Below, one piece after another: positions 1 to 10,288 of a DNA stretch of 64,000 bases; the first letter of the stretch is position 1, and every line of letters starts with the position of its first letter. The notes under the pieces were generated by a model. That model had not been told where the DNA came from and ran no database searches. It saw only the letters and a list, made by a program, of their open reading frames with translations. A program made the translations under genes and the position numbers. Origin of the DNA: a virus; IMG/VR virus record IMGVR_UViG_3300042308_001371, positions 17,766-81,765 of that record; one strand, written 5' to 3'.

Positions 1-1
1 A

Positions 2-106
2 TCTTATAGAGCATACTTAAGATTTCTGCCGAGATTACACGACGATAGTACTATATTTCATGCAGAAGTTTATAATTTTGAAGATTGGAAAAAAGGAAAA
101 AGATAA
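2..106 (+). CDS. 3' end of a gene truncated by the window edge (...HAEVYNFEDWKKGKR*)
   Basis: Open frame from position 2 to TAA at 104-106, abutting the GTG of the next gene. Confidence 0.5.
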   Translation, partial: SYRAYLRFLPRLHDDSTIFHAEVYNFEDWKKGKR

Positions 107-379
107 GTGAAGCGTCTAAAAGATCCTAAGTCACAGTTTACTGAATGGTGTACTAAAAAAGGTATACCAGTCCCGGTATTACGAGATGCGTTATCTCAAA
201 AACCCTCCGCATCTTTTACGCTTTTGGTAATATCTTCTGGATTAGTTATATTTGGTCTTTTAAATAAAATAGCAAAGTTAGTCGATGGAGTAGATATAGA
301 TAATGCATTACAATTTTTTTATGCATGTGCTGGATTATATTTTGGAAGAAAATTAACTTCTAAAAAAAAAGAGGGATAA
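107..379 (+). CDS. Small two-TM membrane protein, holin-like
   Basis: 90 aa; two hydrophobic segments (SFTLLVISSGLVIFGLL; ALQFFYACAGLYFGR) and a basic C-terminus. Confidence 0.5.
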   Translation: MKRLKDPKSQFTEWCTKKGIPVPVLRDALSQKPSASFTLLVISSGLVIFGLLNKIAKLVDGVDIDNALQFFYACAGLYFGRKLTSKKKEG

Positions 380-736
380 ATGGGTTGTATATTAGATAGT
401 ATAAGACTTAAAGAAATATTAGAAGGTTCACAAACTGTAAATGTTGATTGGACTTCTCCATCTTTTTCTTTAGATGATAGAGAATCTGAATTTTCAATAA
501 TGGTTACTTATGAAAATGGAGTTTCTCCAAATATGAGGCTGATTCTTCAATTTTCCTCTGATAATGTTAATTTTTCAGATTTAGCAGAGTCCTATCAACG
601 AATTACAGATTCATCTGGAAGTCATATATGGGATATAAATGGAGCTGGTTCCTTATATGTACGTGTAAAAGTACTTGTAACATCGGGTTCTATAGATATC
701 TCTAGAATATTTTACGCTGGAAAACAAAGGCATTAA
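380..736 (+). CDS. Putative virion beta-sandwich protein
   Basis: 118 aa, beta-rich (LQFSSDNVNF, LYVRVKV); coupled to the fibre gene. Confidence 0.5.
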   Translation: MGCILDSIRLKEILEGSQTVNVDWTSPSFSLDDRESEFSIMVTYENGVSPNMRLILQFSSDNVNFSDLAESYQRITDSSGSHIWDINGAGSLYVRVKVLVTSGSIDISRIFYAGKQRH

Positions 737-738
737 TT

Positions 739-3700
739 ATGGCAAATACATTACTAAGAATAGGCTATATATCTGGTTCTGGTGGAGGAGGGGGAATCTC
801 TCAATACCCAGATCTTGCTAGTTTTCCTCCGACTGGATCTGTTAACGTCTTATATTTTGCTATTGATACTGCAAAGTTATATGCTTGGGATGGAGCTACT
901 TATGTAGAAGCATCTCCTTCTTTAGTAACTTCTGTAAATACTCAAGTTGGAGACGTAGTCTTAGATAAGAGCGATGTAGGTTTAGGAAATGTTGATAATA
1001 CAAGCGATGCCGACAAACCTATAAGTGATGATACTCAGGCAGCATTAGACGCTTTAGACGACAGAATTATTCCTATTGAAGATCGCGCCGAAGTTTTAAC
1101 AGTTTACGCTTACGAAAATAATACACAAGTTTATGCAGACGGACAACCGGGTATAAAAGACCCTTCTGCGTTAATTAGAGATGGTTGGTATTTTAAAAAT
1201 TCAATAGCTGGACAAAAGATAAACTGGTATTATTTTGATGGTACAAGCCAAGGTAGTATAACTTTAGGCGATTTTAAATCAGCCTATGCTGTAATGACTT
1301 TTGATGCAGTGTCTGGAGCAGCGTCTCCAATTATTGCAATTTATACATTTCCTACTGGAGCTGGGGACGTAATCCCCGGCTTTGCTCATTCAAGAATTGT
1401 TTACGACGGACCAATGACTCCGACTCCAGTGGTTGGAAAACAATATTTAGTATATGTCGGAGAAAACCCCTCTGTTAATCCAGAGCTTCCCAGAATTAAT
1501 CTATCTTTAATTCCCGGCTTATCAATTGGAGACAAACTTCCAACTGAACAAATCTTAACTATTTCATTTGGTTCTTCTTCAGGAGTCGCGGTAAATCAAA
1601 TTCAATACATGGTTGAAACTTTGGGATTATTCTCAGATCCCGTTAAGCATGAAATGGATTTAAGAATTAGGGTTGCTTCTGAGGATGCATTAGATCTTAA
1701 AGTTGCTAAAGCTGGCGACACGATGTCCGGACTTTTAGATATCACGGTTACAGGGGCTGCTGCTCTTGAAGCTAATGATATTGTTATTGGTAACCCATGG
1801 GGCGCAGGGTACTCTGTAATCACAGGAAAAGATGGTTCGACTGATGCTCTGTATATACAGTCGGCAGATCAATTAGGTACATTTGCTGGAAATTCTTCTA
1901 AACCAGTAACCGTTGGTTCAGGTTATACGCAAGGTGCAAATTCTGGAGCTGTTGAGGTTCTTTCAGCTCCGGCAGCAGTAAGCGGGGCTTCTGGTTCTGT
2001 TTATATTCATTCGGGAGATACCGTCGGTGCTACTGGGTTTACAACTGTAAAATCTGGTAATTCATCGTCAAGTAGTACAGGTACTGCTGTTTTAAGATCA
2101 GGTGATGCTGCGGTAAGCTCAGGTAACACACAAGTTAGATCTGGAAATTCTGTTGCAAATTCAGGTGTAACATCTCTTCTCTCTGGTCAATCTTCTGGTG
2201 GGAGTTCTGGTCAAGTTCAAGTTCAGTCGGGCGCTGCTGCAGTAGCTTCTGGAAATATCTTAATTTCTTCTGGTTCTGCAGCTACGCGAGGATTGGTTCA
2301 AATTGATGGTTCTAAGCTAAATATGCTTACTTCTATTGATATGAACTCTAGTAAGATTACTGAATTACTTGATCCTACTGATAATCAAGATGCTGCAACA
2401 AAAAAATATGTTGACGACAAAGATGCATTAAAACAATCTTTAATAGATAAAAATCAGGCGAATGGATATGTTGGATTGAATGGTTCAACAAAAATCGATT
2501 CAATATATTTACCTAGTTATGTTGATGATGTATTAGAATTTGCAAGTCTTTCAGTTTTTCCTTTGGTTGGAGAAACTGGGATTATTTATTTGGCATTAGA
2601 TACAAATCTTTGTTATAGATGGGCTGGTTCTGTATATGTAGAAATTTCTGCTGCTCCTGTTATTTCAGTAAATACTAAAGTTGGTGCAGTTGTATTAGAT
2701 AAAACCGACATTGGCTTGGATCAAGTTGATAATACTTCAGATGCTGATAAACAAATATCAGATGCAACTCAGTTGGCTTTGGATGATAAAGTAAGTAAAA
2801 CTGGCGATACGATGACTGGCCAGCTTACGATGCAAGATGATTCAATTCTAATAGATGCTTCTATTTCAGAAGGAATGCCAAATACTCTATTACTTGAATC
2901 AGGAACAATCCAGTCAACTGTTATAAATGGAGATATAACTTCAACATCTATTTTGTATCCTTATCAACACTCAATACAAACTACTGACAGTGTATCCACT
3001 TCAAATACATCGTTAACTATTAGTGCAGAACATAATGCTCCTATCCTTGAGGTTTCAATTGTAAATGCTGAAACTGAAATGGATTCTACGGTTAATATAC
3101 TTAATTCTGGATTATATGTTACTAACATAGATTATACTAATAATAATGAACTTTTAGGTAATTTTATTGCTGGATCTTTCATCATTGAAACCATTCTAGC
3201 TGATTCAAGTAACAGTACTATTGTTGGTGATCCAACTGGTATAACTCTTTCTAGCTTTGATGGAGATGTCACAACCGAACCGTTAATGCCTGCGACTGAT
3301 TTTCATGTAACAGTTAAAAAGTACGTAGATGATGCTGACGATTTAAAAGAAAATTTAGCCAATAAATCAATCGACGGAACATTAGCTTCTAATTCAGACA
3401 CGTTATACCCTTCTCAAAAAGCAGTTAAAACTTACGTAGACTCTGTAAGTGGTGGAGGCACTGCGAATTTTGAAGCCTCTACATATTACCACGAATTACA
3501 TGTTAATTACGATTTCACTGGAGCTACCTCAGATGGCTCTCCATATAGACCATTTAAAACCACTCAAGCAGCAGTAAACGCTGCTCAATTACAAAATATT
3601 GGTGGTAATACTGCCATTTTAATTCATTTAAAAAATGATATTAATATTGTGGAAAATATTGCAATAACTAATGCCGTATCTAACTTATACATTATGCCAG

Positions 3701-6246
3701 CAGTTAGAAACAATACTTCCTCTGCTCCTCTTAAAATTATAGGTAGTCTAACAATTAGCGGATCTCAGACAAATAGAGTTCGTGTTCAGGATATTGAGTT
3801 TACCCCAACTTCTGGTTATGCTTTAGTTATTAACGATACTCAAGGAAGACATTTATTTCAGAATTGTGGTTTTGTAAATGGATCAGTCGCTGGTCAAGCT
3901 GGAACAGGAGTAAATTTAACTAGTACTTATAGAAATTTTCTTGAATTTGTAGATTGTACAATTGAAGGTACTTTAAACATCGCAGGAACTCCCGTAGCTG
4001 GTACGACTGTTTTAATGTATCGTTGTAAGCTCGGTTATGCGAATGTTATTGTAAATAGTGCAAATATTGCCGTTGGAATATATGATACCTATGGTATCTA
4101 TGGACTTACTCATACCGCTGGTGCTTTGGCAATTACTGGGTTGTGGGGAATTGCTCAGACTGGATTTTTTAATTCAACTGCAACTTTAACTGCCACTAAC
4201 GTATTAAGTCTTTCAAACGTCTCACTACAAAAACCTGATTTAAGTTTTGTTGCTTTAAATAAAACAGGAACATGTTTTTATCAATTGATGAATGTACATC
4301 GTGGGGAAACTGCTGATGTTTTAAATGGCACGAGAGTTGTATATGGTCCAACTGCTACCGATGCCGGGTATAAAATGGGTACATCAGGAAACTGGCCCGC
4401 TGCAGTATCTAACGTGGCTGGGGCTTTAGATAGCTTAGCTGCTAATAAAATTGCTATAACCCAAAAAGCTGCAATAAATGGAGTAGCTTCTCTTGATGGA
4501 ACTGGTAAAGTTCCTCTTTCTCAGCTTCCTGCATCTACATTTGCAGCTGATGTATTAGAGTTTGCTAATTTAGCAGCATTTCCTATACCCGGAGCAGCGG
4601 GAATTGTATATGTAGCGTTAGATACTAATAAAATATATAGATGGAATACAACAGTTTATACTGAGTTATCTACAGCTCCAGTTACTTCTGTTAATGGAAA
4701 AACTAACGTAGTTACTCTAAATGCAATAGATGTGCCATTTTCTCCTACAGCAACTATTTTATCAACCGATGTACAGTCGGCTATTGTTGAAATTCAAGCT
4801 GCATCCACATCAACGGCTATTTATCAAGATACAAAAGAACCTACTGGATTTTTAAATAGAACAGATTCGGCTATTTCTTTTGTCGATGGTACTAGAATTT
4901 TTACAATTGCACCAGTTACAACTTCATTTGATTTTTATATTAAAGGTACTAAGTTTACAAAAAGTACTGCACAGAATTTAACTATTCCTAATTTATCAGG
5001 AAATCATTATATTTACTTTAATACTTCTGGAGTTTTAGAATCTACCCAAATATTTAGTAGTGATATTATTGAGCAGAATGCTTTTGTTTCAGTTATTTAT
5101 TGGAACACAGATTTAAATACCCATACGTATTTTGCAGAAGAGAGACATGGTATAACGATGGATGGGGCAACTCACATATACCTACATACTACTTTTGGAG
5201 CAAGGTACTTATCAGGATTAGCCTTACAAGGTTTTACGCCTGATGGTAATGGTAGTCTTGATGCACATGCTCAGTTTACCGCTGATGAAGGCTCTATTAG
5301 AGATGAAGATATACTTTTATCAAGTGCAGCTCAGGCTCAGATTCCTATTCTTTTCAGACAAGGCCAGTTATGGAGAAAAAAGGCAGCGGATGCATTTCCT
5401 TTAATCTATAGCGGTACAGCTGGATATACAGGAGCCAATGGAAGAATTCCATATAATCAATTCGTTGCGGGATCTTGGCAGTTAACACAAGTAACTAGCG
5501 GGGATTATGTATTAGTACATTTTTTTGCAACAAACGATAAAGAGAATCCTATTGTAGGTATTCAAGGTATTGCTCAATATAATAATGCTCCACAAGCAAA
5601 AGCTGCGGCAAGTACTGAAATTACTAGTCTATCTGGACTTCCTTTTGCAGAATTTGTAGCAATTGGTACAGTTTTGTTCCAAACTAATACTTATGCTAAT
5701 ACTCCAGATGCTAGGGTTGTGAGTGTAAATGGAGCTACTTACATTGATTTTAGAGGAACTCAGCTTTATACTCCAGCTGGAGAAGCGACTACTCATAGTC
5801 TTTTGTCAGGATTAAGTAACGATGATCATATCCAATACCATACTGATGCTAGAGGAGATATCAGATACTATACAAAAGCTCAGGTAGATACCCTAATAAC
5901 TGGAATAACATCTACGGGAGACATTGATGAGAAGTTGTTTAGCATTTCAAATTCACAGGCACTTCCAGACAATGTCCATAATTTTGTATTTTCAAATTCA
6001 ATTGTAAGAGCATTTGAAGCACTTGTATCTATTGAAATAGAGGCGACCGCTTCATTGTATGAGACTGTTAAGATTTCAGGAATTCAGAAAGGATCTGACT
6101 GGGATATCACCCTTATTTCTAGTGGGGATATTAGTGGTGTGGCCTTTAGTATTACTACTTCTGGTCAAATTCAGTATACGTCGGATAACGTGGCTGGTTT
6201 TGTTTCTGGAATCCTTAAATTTAGGGCAATTACAACCTCAGTATAA
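739..6246 (+). CDS. Long tail fibre / receptor-binding protein (1835 aa)
   Basis: Three copies of an (E/Q)(F/Y)xxLxxFP..G....Y.A.DT...Y.W....Y.E module; DVGLGNVDNTSDADK and DPTDNQDAATKKYVD fibre motifs; a Gly/Ser-rich stretch and a beta-helix-like region. Confidence 0.75.
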   Translation: MANTLLRIGYISGSGGGGGISQYPDLASFPPTGSVNVLYFAIDTAKLYAWDGATYVEASPSLVTSVNTQVGDVVLDKSDVGLGNVDNTSDADKPISDDTQAALDALDDRIIPIEDRAEVLTVYAYENNTQVYADGQPGIKDPSALIRDGWYFKNSIAGQKINWYYFDGTSQGSITLGDFKSAYAVMTFDAVSGAASPIIAIYTFPTGAGDVIPGFAHSRIVYDGPMTPTPVVGKQYLVYVGENPSVNPELPRINLSLIPGLSIGDKLPTEQILTISFGSSSGVAVNQIQYMVETLGLFSDPVKHEMDLRIRVASEDALDLKVAKAGDTMSGLLDITVTGAAALEANDIVIGNPWGAGYSVITGKDGSTDALYIQSADQLGTFAGNSSKPVTVGSGYTQGANSGAVEVLSAPAAVSGASGSVYIHSGDTVGATGFTTVKSGNSSSSSTGTAVLRSGDAAVSSGNTQVRSGNSVANSGVTSLLSGQSSGGSSGQVQVQSGAAAVASGNILISSGSAATRGLVQIDGSKLNMLTSIDMNSSKITELLDPTDNQDAATKKYVDDKDALKQSLIDKNQANGYVGLNGSTKIDSIYLPSYVDDVLEFASLSVFPLVGETGIIYLALDTNLCYRWAGSVYVEISAAPVISVNTKVGAVVLDKTDIGLDQVDNTSDADKQISDATQLALDDKVSKTGDTMTGQLTMQDDSILIDASISEGMPNTLLLESGTIQSTVINGDITSTSILYPYQHSIQTTDSVSTSNTSLTISAEHNAPILEVSIVNAETEMDSTVNILNSGLYVTNIDYTNNNELLGNFIAGSFIIETILADSSNSTIVGDPTGITLSSFDGDVTTEPLMPATDFHVTVKKYVDDADDLKENLANKSIDGTLASNSDTLYPSQKAVKTYVDSVSGGGTANFEASTYYHELHVNYDFTGATSDGSPYRPFKTTQAAVNAAQLQNIGGNTAILIHLKNDINIVENIAITNAVSNLYIMPAVRNNTSSAPLKIIGSLTISGSQTNRVRVQDIEFTPTSGYALVINDTQGRHLFQNCGFVNGSVAGQAGTGVNLTSTYRNFLEFVDCTIEGTLNIAGTPVAGTTVLMYRCKLGYANVIVNSANIAVGIYDTYGIYGLTHTAGALAITGLWGIAQTGFFNSTATLTATNVLSLSNVSLQKPDLSFVALNKTGTCFYQLMNVHRGETADVLNGTRVVYGPTATDAGYKMGTSGNWPAAVSNVAGALDSLAANKIAITQKAAINGVASLDGTGKVPLSQLPASTFAADVLEFANLAAFPIPGAAGIVYVALDTNKIYRWNTTVYTELSTAPVTSVNGKTNVVTLNAIDVPFSPTATILSTDVQSAIVEIQAASTSTAIYQDTKEPTGFLNRTDSAISFVDGTRIFTIAPVTTSFDFYIKGTKFTKSTAQNLTIPNLSGNHYIYFNTSGVLESTQIFSSDIIEQNAFVSVIYWNTDLNTHTYFAEERHGITMDGATHIYLHTTFGARYLSGLALQGFTPDGNGSLDAHAQFTADEGSIRDEDILLSSAAQAQIPILFRQGQLWRKKAADAFPLIYSGTAGYTGANGRIPYNQFVAGSWQLTQVTSGDYVLVHFFATNDKENPIVGIQGIAQYNNAPQAKAAASTEITSLSGLPFAEFVAIGTVLFQTNTYANTPDARVVSVNGATYIDFRGTQLYTPAGEATTHSLLSGLSNDDHIQYHTDARGDIRYYTKAQVDTLITGITSTGDIDEKLFSISNSQALPDNVHNFVFSNSIVRAFEALVSIEIEATASLYETVKISGIQKGSDWDITLISSGDISGVAFSITTSGQIQYTSDNVAGFVSGILKFRAITTSV

Positions 6247-6279
6247 TGTAATTTCGGCTATTTAAATACGGCATAGAAA

Positions 6280-6292
6280 GCACCCTTATAAT
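6280..6292 (+). promoter_or_regulatory. Candidate late promoter motif GCACCCTTATAAT
   Basis: Same motif at 12033 and 19346, each upstream of a virion gene block. Confidence 0.55.
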
Positions 6293-6303
6293 ACAGAGGT
6301 AAC

Positions 6304-7149
6304 ATGGCACAGGTAAAGCCTAATCCAAATTCATTCTATGATCCGGGCTTAATTGTCAAGGAAATCCATGACTTACATGCTAAGTCTATTAGGGTATCCG
6401 ATACTAGATCCGTAGTAGATAAGTTTTATACTCACTTTAGGGTTTTATACACTGAGCTAAATTTACCATCAGAAGTTTCTTATTTTAGAGGAACAAGATC
6501 TCATACAACTATAATAGGTTGTGTTGATGATGTTGAAGCCTCCCTCCAAAATTCATATATTAAAATATACTCCTGTCCAGATAATACTCCATTCCATATT
6601 TGGTTTAATGTAGATAATCTAGGAGTTCCCCCAACAATTCCCGGATCTACTGCAATTGAGATTCCTATAAATAAAAATGAAGGATCTTCTGTTATATCTA
6701 TGGCTGTGGGTTTAATTATAAACTCTTTGTTTAAATCTGATTTTTCAGTATCTAGATCTAATTCGGTTGTTGAAATTACAGCGGTTGGAATGGGTGAGAT
6801 ACTCGATTCATCAGACGAAGGAACTGGGTTTGCGTTAGTAAACTCTAGAGGAGAGCAGGAATTAGCTAATTATATTCAAATAGGATATCAGGATCTGCAT
6901 CCTGTATATAAAGGACAAGTTTTAAAAAATTACATCTTTAATGTATTTTCTGGACAATTTGAAATTAAAGAAGAGCTTCCAACAACTATTCAAGAAGTGG
7001 TCTGGGATGAAATTGTAACAACATTTCCACTTGAAAATCAAGAGCTGTATTCTTATAAATATAACTCTAATTTAGTTCAAGAAATGCTAGTAACTTATAT
7101 TGATGCTACAAAAAAAGCAATAGTATCTATTCAAAAGACAAGGTATTAA
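6304..7149 (+). CDS. Putative virion protein
   Basis: 281 aa; GAGG RBS; its FHIWFNV segment resembles FAVWFNI in 13692..18560. Confidence 0.55.
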   Translation: MAQVKPNPNSFYDPGLIVKEIHDLHAKSIRVSDTRSVVDKFYTHFRVLYTELNLPSEVSYFRGTRSHTTIIGCVDDVEASLQNSYIKIYSCPDNTPFHIWFNVDNLGVPPTIPGSTAIEIPINKNEGSSVISMAVGLIINSLFKSDFSVSRSNSVVEITAVGMGEILDSSDEGTGFALVNSRGEQELANYIQIGYQDLHPVYKGQVLKNYIFNVFSGQFEIKEELPTTIQEVVWDEIVTTFPLENQELYSYKYNSNLVQEMLVTYIDATKKAIVSIQKTRY

Positions 7150-7335
7150 ATGTCTTGGAAATTTGATCCATTTATTATGAGTCTAATCTGGGTAGCTCCA
7201 ATCTCTATTGTAGATAATGTAGGGGATATCGACATGGGTACAGTAGATAGCGATATTATAATTGACATGGGTTCTAGAGAGGATAGTCCTTCTGGCATTG
7301 ATCAGGGATTAAGAGTATACGATGGCGATTTTTAA
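7150..7335 (+). CDS. Small acidic hypothetical virion protein
   Basis: 61 aa; abuts the previous gene and overlaps the next; IDMG repeats. Confidence 0.5.
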   Translation: MSWKFDPFIMSLIWVAPISIVDNVGDIDMGTVDSDIIIDMGSREDSPSGIDQGLRVYDGDF

Positions 7336-7699
7336 AGCTCCCAAATTAACTAGTGCTCAAAGAAACAACCTCGTTCTAGAGGTTAGTGAACTTGTATATG
7401 ATTTAGATCAAAAAGCATTCTACGGTGGAGACGGCTCTGTATCTGGTGGCTTTTTAGTTGGTGCTACCTCCGGCTTTATTGTTGAAACAATTGAATTAAC
7501 GCAACAAAATATAAATGATAAGTTTGTGACGCTTGCGCAAACACCCTTAATTCCTAGTGCTGTAATTGTTACTCCAGAGGGTGGAATATCTCAAGTTAAT
7601 GGAGTTGATTATAGTATTATCGGTAGTAAATTATCATGGGAAAATTTAGGATTAGATGATTTTTTAGATAGTACAGATGTACTGATAATTCAGTACTGA
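7322..7699 (+). CDS. Fibre-associated protein
   Basis: N-terminal GELVYD..K.FY.GDG-like fibre motif; C-terminal Q.NGVDYSI...L.W domain similar to the C-terminus of 7730..10234. Confidence 0.55.
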   Translation: MAIFKAPKLTSAQRNNLVLEVSELVYDLDQKAFYGGDGSVSGGFLVGATSGFIVETIELTQQNINDKFVTLAQTPLIPSAVIVTPEGGISQVNGVDYSIIGSKLSWENLGLDDFLDSTDVLIIQY

Positions 7700-7729
7700 C
7701 CCCCGCCATAACAAAAACAAGGAGAAATC

Positions 7730-10234
7730 ATGGCCCAGCAAATTAAAAAGAAGTTTATCCAAAACGACGCAGTCGATGGACAAAAACTCAAACTTCAAAA
7801 AGACCAATCAATTCGTGGTCAGAAACAGGACGGATCAGAAGTCGAATTACTAAAAATGGATGGTAGCGATAAGCTAGTATCTGGTGGACAAGAGCTTGCT
7901 TTTAAAGAAGTTGTAGACGCTCAAGTTTCAGATCTTCAAGATAAACTTGATTCTGAAGAAGCTTCTCGTATTTCTGGAGATGAAACGCTTCAGTCAAATT
8001 TGAATGTTGAACAGTCTGCTAGAGAACAAGCTGATCAAGGTCTTCAATCTTCAATTAGTTCTGAAGAGGCTCGTGCTGAAAGTGAAGAATCTCGTATTGA
8101 ATCTAAATTAGATAGCATGATTGTTTCTGAAGAGTCTGCTCGTGAAAGTGCGGATCAAGGCTTGCAGTCTCAAATTAACACAGAAAAAGGTCGCGTTGAC
8201 GCTATCCTTTTAGCTTCTGATGCTGATAAAGATTCATTTGCTGAAATCGTTCAATTGATTAACTCTGTTGATACTGAGAATGATTCTGCTTTTGGTTCTT
8301 ACGTTCTTTCAAATAATGCAGCTTTAGCTTCTGAAGTTTCTTCTCGTGAGCAAGGTGATCAAGATCTTCAGTCTAACATTGATGCCGAAGAGTCTCGTGC
8401 TAGTGACGAAGAATCTCGTATTGAGTCTAAGTTTGACGGTATGCTCGCTTCTGAAGAAGCTGCTCGTATTGCTGGTGACTCTGCTGAGCAAACTCGGGCT
8501 ATGGGTATTGAATCTAGCTTACAATCTCAGATTACTCAAGAAGTTTCTGATAGACAATCTGCTATTTCTAGCGAAGAATCTGCTCGTCAGTCTGCAGACT
8601 CTAGCTTACAGTCTAGCTTAAATTCTGAAATTTCTGATCGCCAAGCTGCGGTTTCTGCTGAAGCTTCTGCTCGTCAAGCTGCAGATTCAGATCTTCAATC
8701 TCAACATGATGATCTCGATGGTTATGCTCAAGATGTTCGCTCTGACTTGGATGATCTAGATGGTTATGCTCAAGACATTCGTTCTGATTTAGATCAGGAA
8801 ATTGTTGATAGAGCTGCGGCGGTCTCTGCTGAAGCTTCTGCTAGACAATCTGCTGATTCTAGCTTACAATCTAGTCTGAGTTCAGAAGTTAGTCGTGCTC
8901 AATCTGCTGAGTCTACTGAGCAAGCTGCTCGTATTGCAGGAGATGCTTCTTTACAAAGCTCTTTAGATTCTGAAATTTCTTCTAGACAATCAGCTGATTC
9001 TCAACTTCAGTCTAATATTGATTCAGAACAAGCTGCTCGTATTGCTGGGGATTCTTCTACTTTACAATCTTCTAAAGATTATACAGATGGAAAAATCTCT
9101 CTTGTAATGAGTAATTTGGATACGGAAGCTCTAGATTCATTAGTTGAAATTGTTACAGCTTTCCAAAATGCCGACGGTGATTTGAACGATACAATTTCTA
9201 GTTTATCTTCTGCTGCTTCTTCTGCACTTGCTGCTGAGCAAGCTGCTAGAATTTCTGGAGATGAGTCACTTCAATCAAATCTTGATGCTGAATCTGATCG
9301 TGCTATGTCTAAAGAATCTGAATTAGAAGATTCTATTGATTCTGAACAGTCTAGAGCTATGGACGCTGAGAGTTTGATTCAATCGAATCTCGATGCTTAT
9401 TCTCTTCAGAATGACATTAATCTCAATTCTATCCATGAGCAAATGCAAATCAATGATGAGCGTGCTGGTGCAGCAGAAGAAGGTCTCCGAACCGAACTTG
9501 AAGCTGAAATTGAGCGCGCAATGGCTGCTGAGCAAGGTCTTGAAGACAACAAAATGAATCGCGGCGGTGATTCAGTAGAAGGTGAATACTTCTTTGATGA
9601 TGGTGAGGGTGTTGTCTCTTCTATTTTGGGAACTGGATTTAAGGTTGAACAAGATCTTGGATATAAAGTTCTTAAAACTGAAATTAAGTCAGATAGAATT
9701 AACTTTAGCTCTCAGAATGGTAGCTTAGTTGTTTCTGGTGATCAGATTGCTCTTTCTCACATTGTTCCAGAAGCATCAGGACTTCCTGAAGCTGGCTTTG
9801 ATGTATTTGTTGGTACTGACAACAATACTATGCGTATGGGACAATTTTATAACTATGAAGGCGTAACACAGCCTTATCTTCCTGTTGAAGGACATGAGTT
9901 TACTGTTAAAGCTTATGTTGATCAGCAAGATTCAGCATTGTCTGACAGAATTACAGCTCTTGAAGTTCAAACTGATGGTCCTTACTTTCAAAAACAAAAG
10001 TTTGTTATTGACGAAACTTCTGAGTTAAGTTCTATTGAGCTTTCTCATGAGTGTATGGAAAATTCACTTACTGTTTGTGTTGGTCGTTTGATGGTTCACA
10101 AAGACGAAGATTACTCTGTTTCAGTTGTAGACGGTAAATCCGTTCTGACATGGATGGGTGATTTTGCTCAAGGTGAATCTGAAGGTATCGAAGAAGGCGA
10201 TGTAATTTTTGTTACATTCGCTAGAGAAGTTTAA
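7730..10234 (+). CDS. Coiled-coil fibre-like virion protein (834 aa)
   Basis: Many SEExAR..ADxxLQSxL repeats; ALDSLVEIVTAF motif typical of phage fibres; AGGAG RBS. Confidence 0.7.
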   Translation: MAQQIKKKFIQNDAVDGQKLKLQKDQSIRGQKQDGSEVELLKMDGSDKLVSGGQELAFKEVVDAQVSDLQDKLDSEEASRISGDETLQSNLNVEQSAREQADQGLQSSISSEEARAESEESRIESKLDSMIVSEESARESADQGLQSQINTEKGRVDAILLASDADKDSFAEIVQLINSVDTENDSAFGSYVLSNNAALASEVSSREQGDQDLQSNIDAEESRASDEESRIESKFDGMLASEEAARIAGDSAEQTRAMGIESSLQSQITQEVSDRQSAISSEESARQSADSSLQSSLNSEISDRQAAVSAEASARQAADSDLQSQHDDLDGYAQDVRSDLDDLDGYAQDIRSDLDQEIVDRAAAVSAEASARQSADSSLQSSLSSEVSRAQSAESTEQAARIAGDASLQSSLDSEISSRQSADSQLQSNIDSEQAARIAGDSSTLQSSKDYTDGKISLVMSNLDTEALDSLVEIVTAFQNADGDLNDTISSLSSAASSALAAEQAARISGDESLQSNLDAESDRAMSKESELEDSIDSEQSRAMDAESLIQSNLDAYSLQNDINLNSIHEQMQINDERAGAAEEGLRTELEAEIERAMAAEQGLEDNKMNRGGDSVEGEYFFDDGEGVVSSILGTGFKVEQDLGYKVLKTEIKSDRINFSSQNGSLVVSGDQIALSHIVPEASGLPEAGFDVFVGTDNNTMRMGQFYNYEGVTQPYLPVEGHEFTVKAYVDQQDSALSDRITALEVQTDGPYFQKQKFVIDETSELSSIELSHECMENSLTVCVGRLMVHKDEDYSVSVVDGKSVLTWMGDFAQGESEGIEEGDVIFVTFAREV
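8708..8791 (+). repeat. 42-bp imperfect in-frame tandem repeat (DDLDGYAQD[VI]RSDL x2)
   Basis: gatgatctcgatggttatgctcaagatgttcgctctgacttg followed by gatgatctagatggttatgctcaagacattcgttctgattta. Confidence 0.85.
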
Positions 10235-10246
10235 TATATTTTAATG

Positions 10247-10269
10247 GAGGGGAGAAATCCCCTCTTTTT
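10247..10269 (+). terminator. Rho-independent terminator
   Basis: GAGGGGA-GAAA-TCCCCTC then TTTTT. Confidence 0.85.
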
Positions 10270-10288
10270 ACTTTTTTAAGGAGACTAT

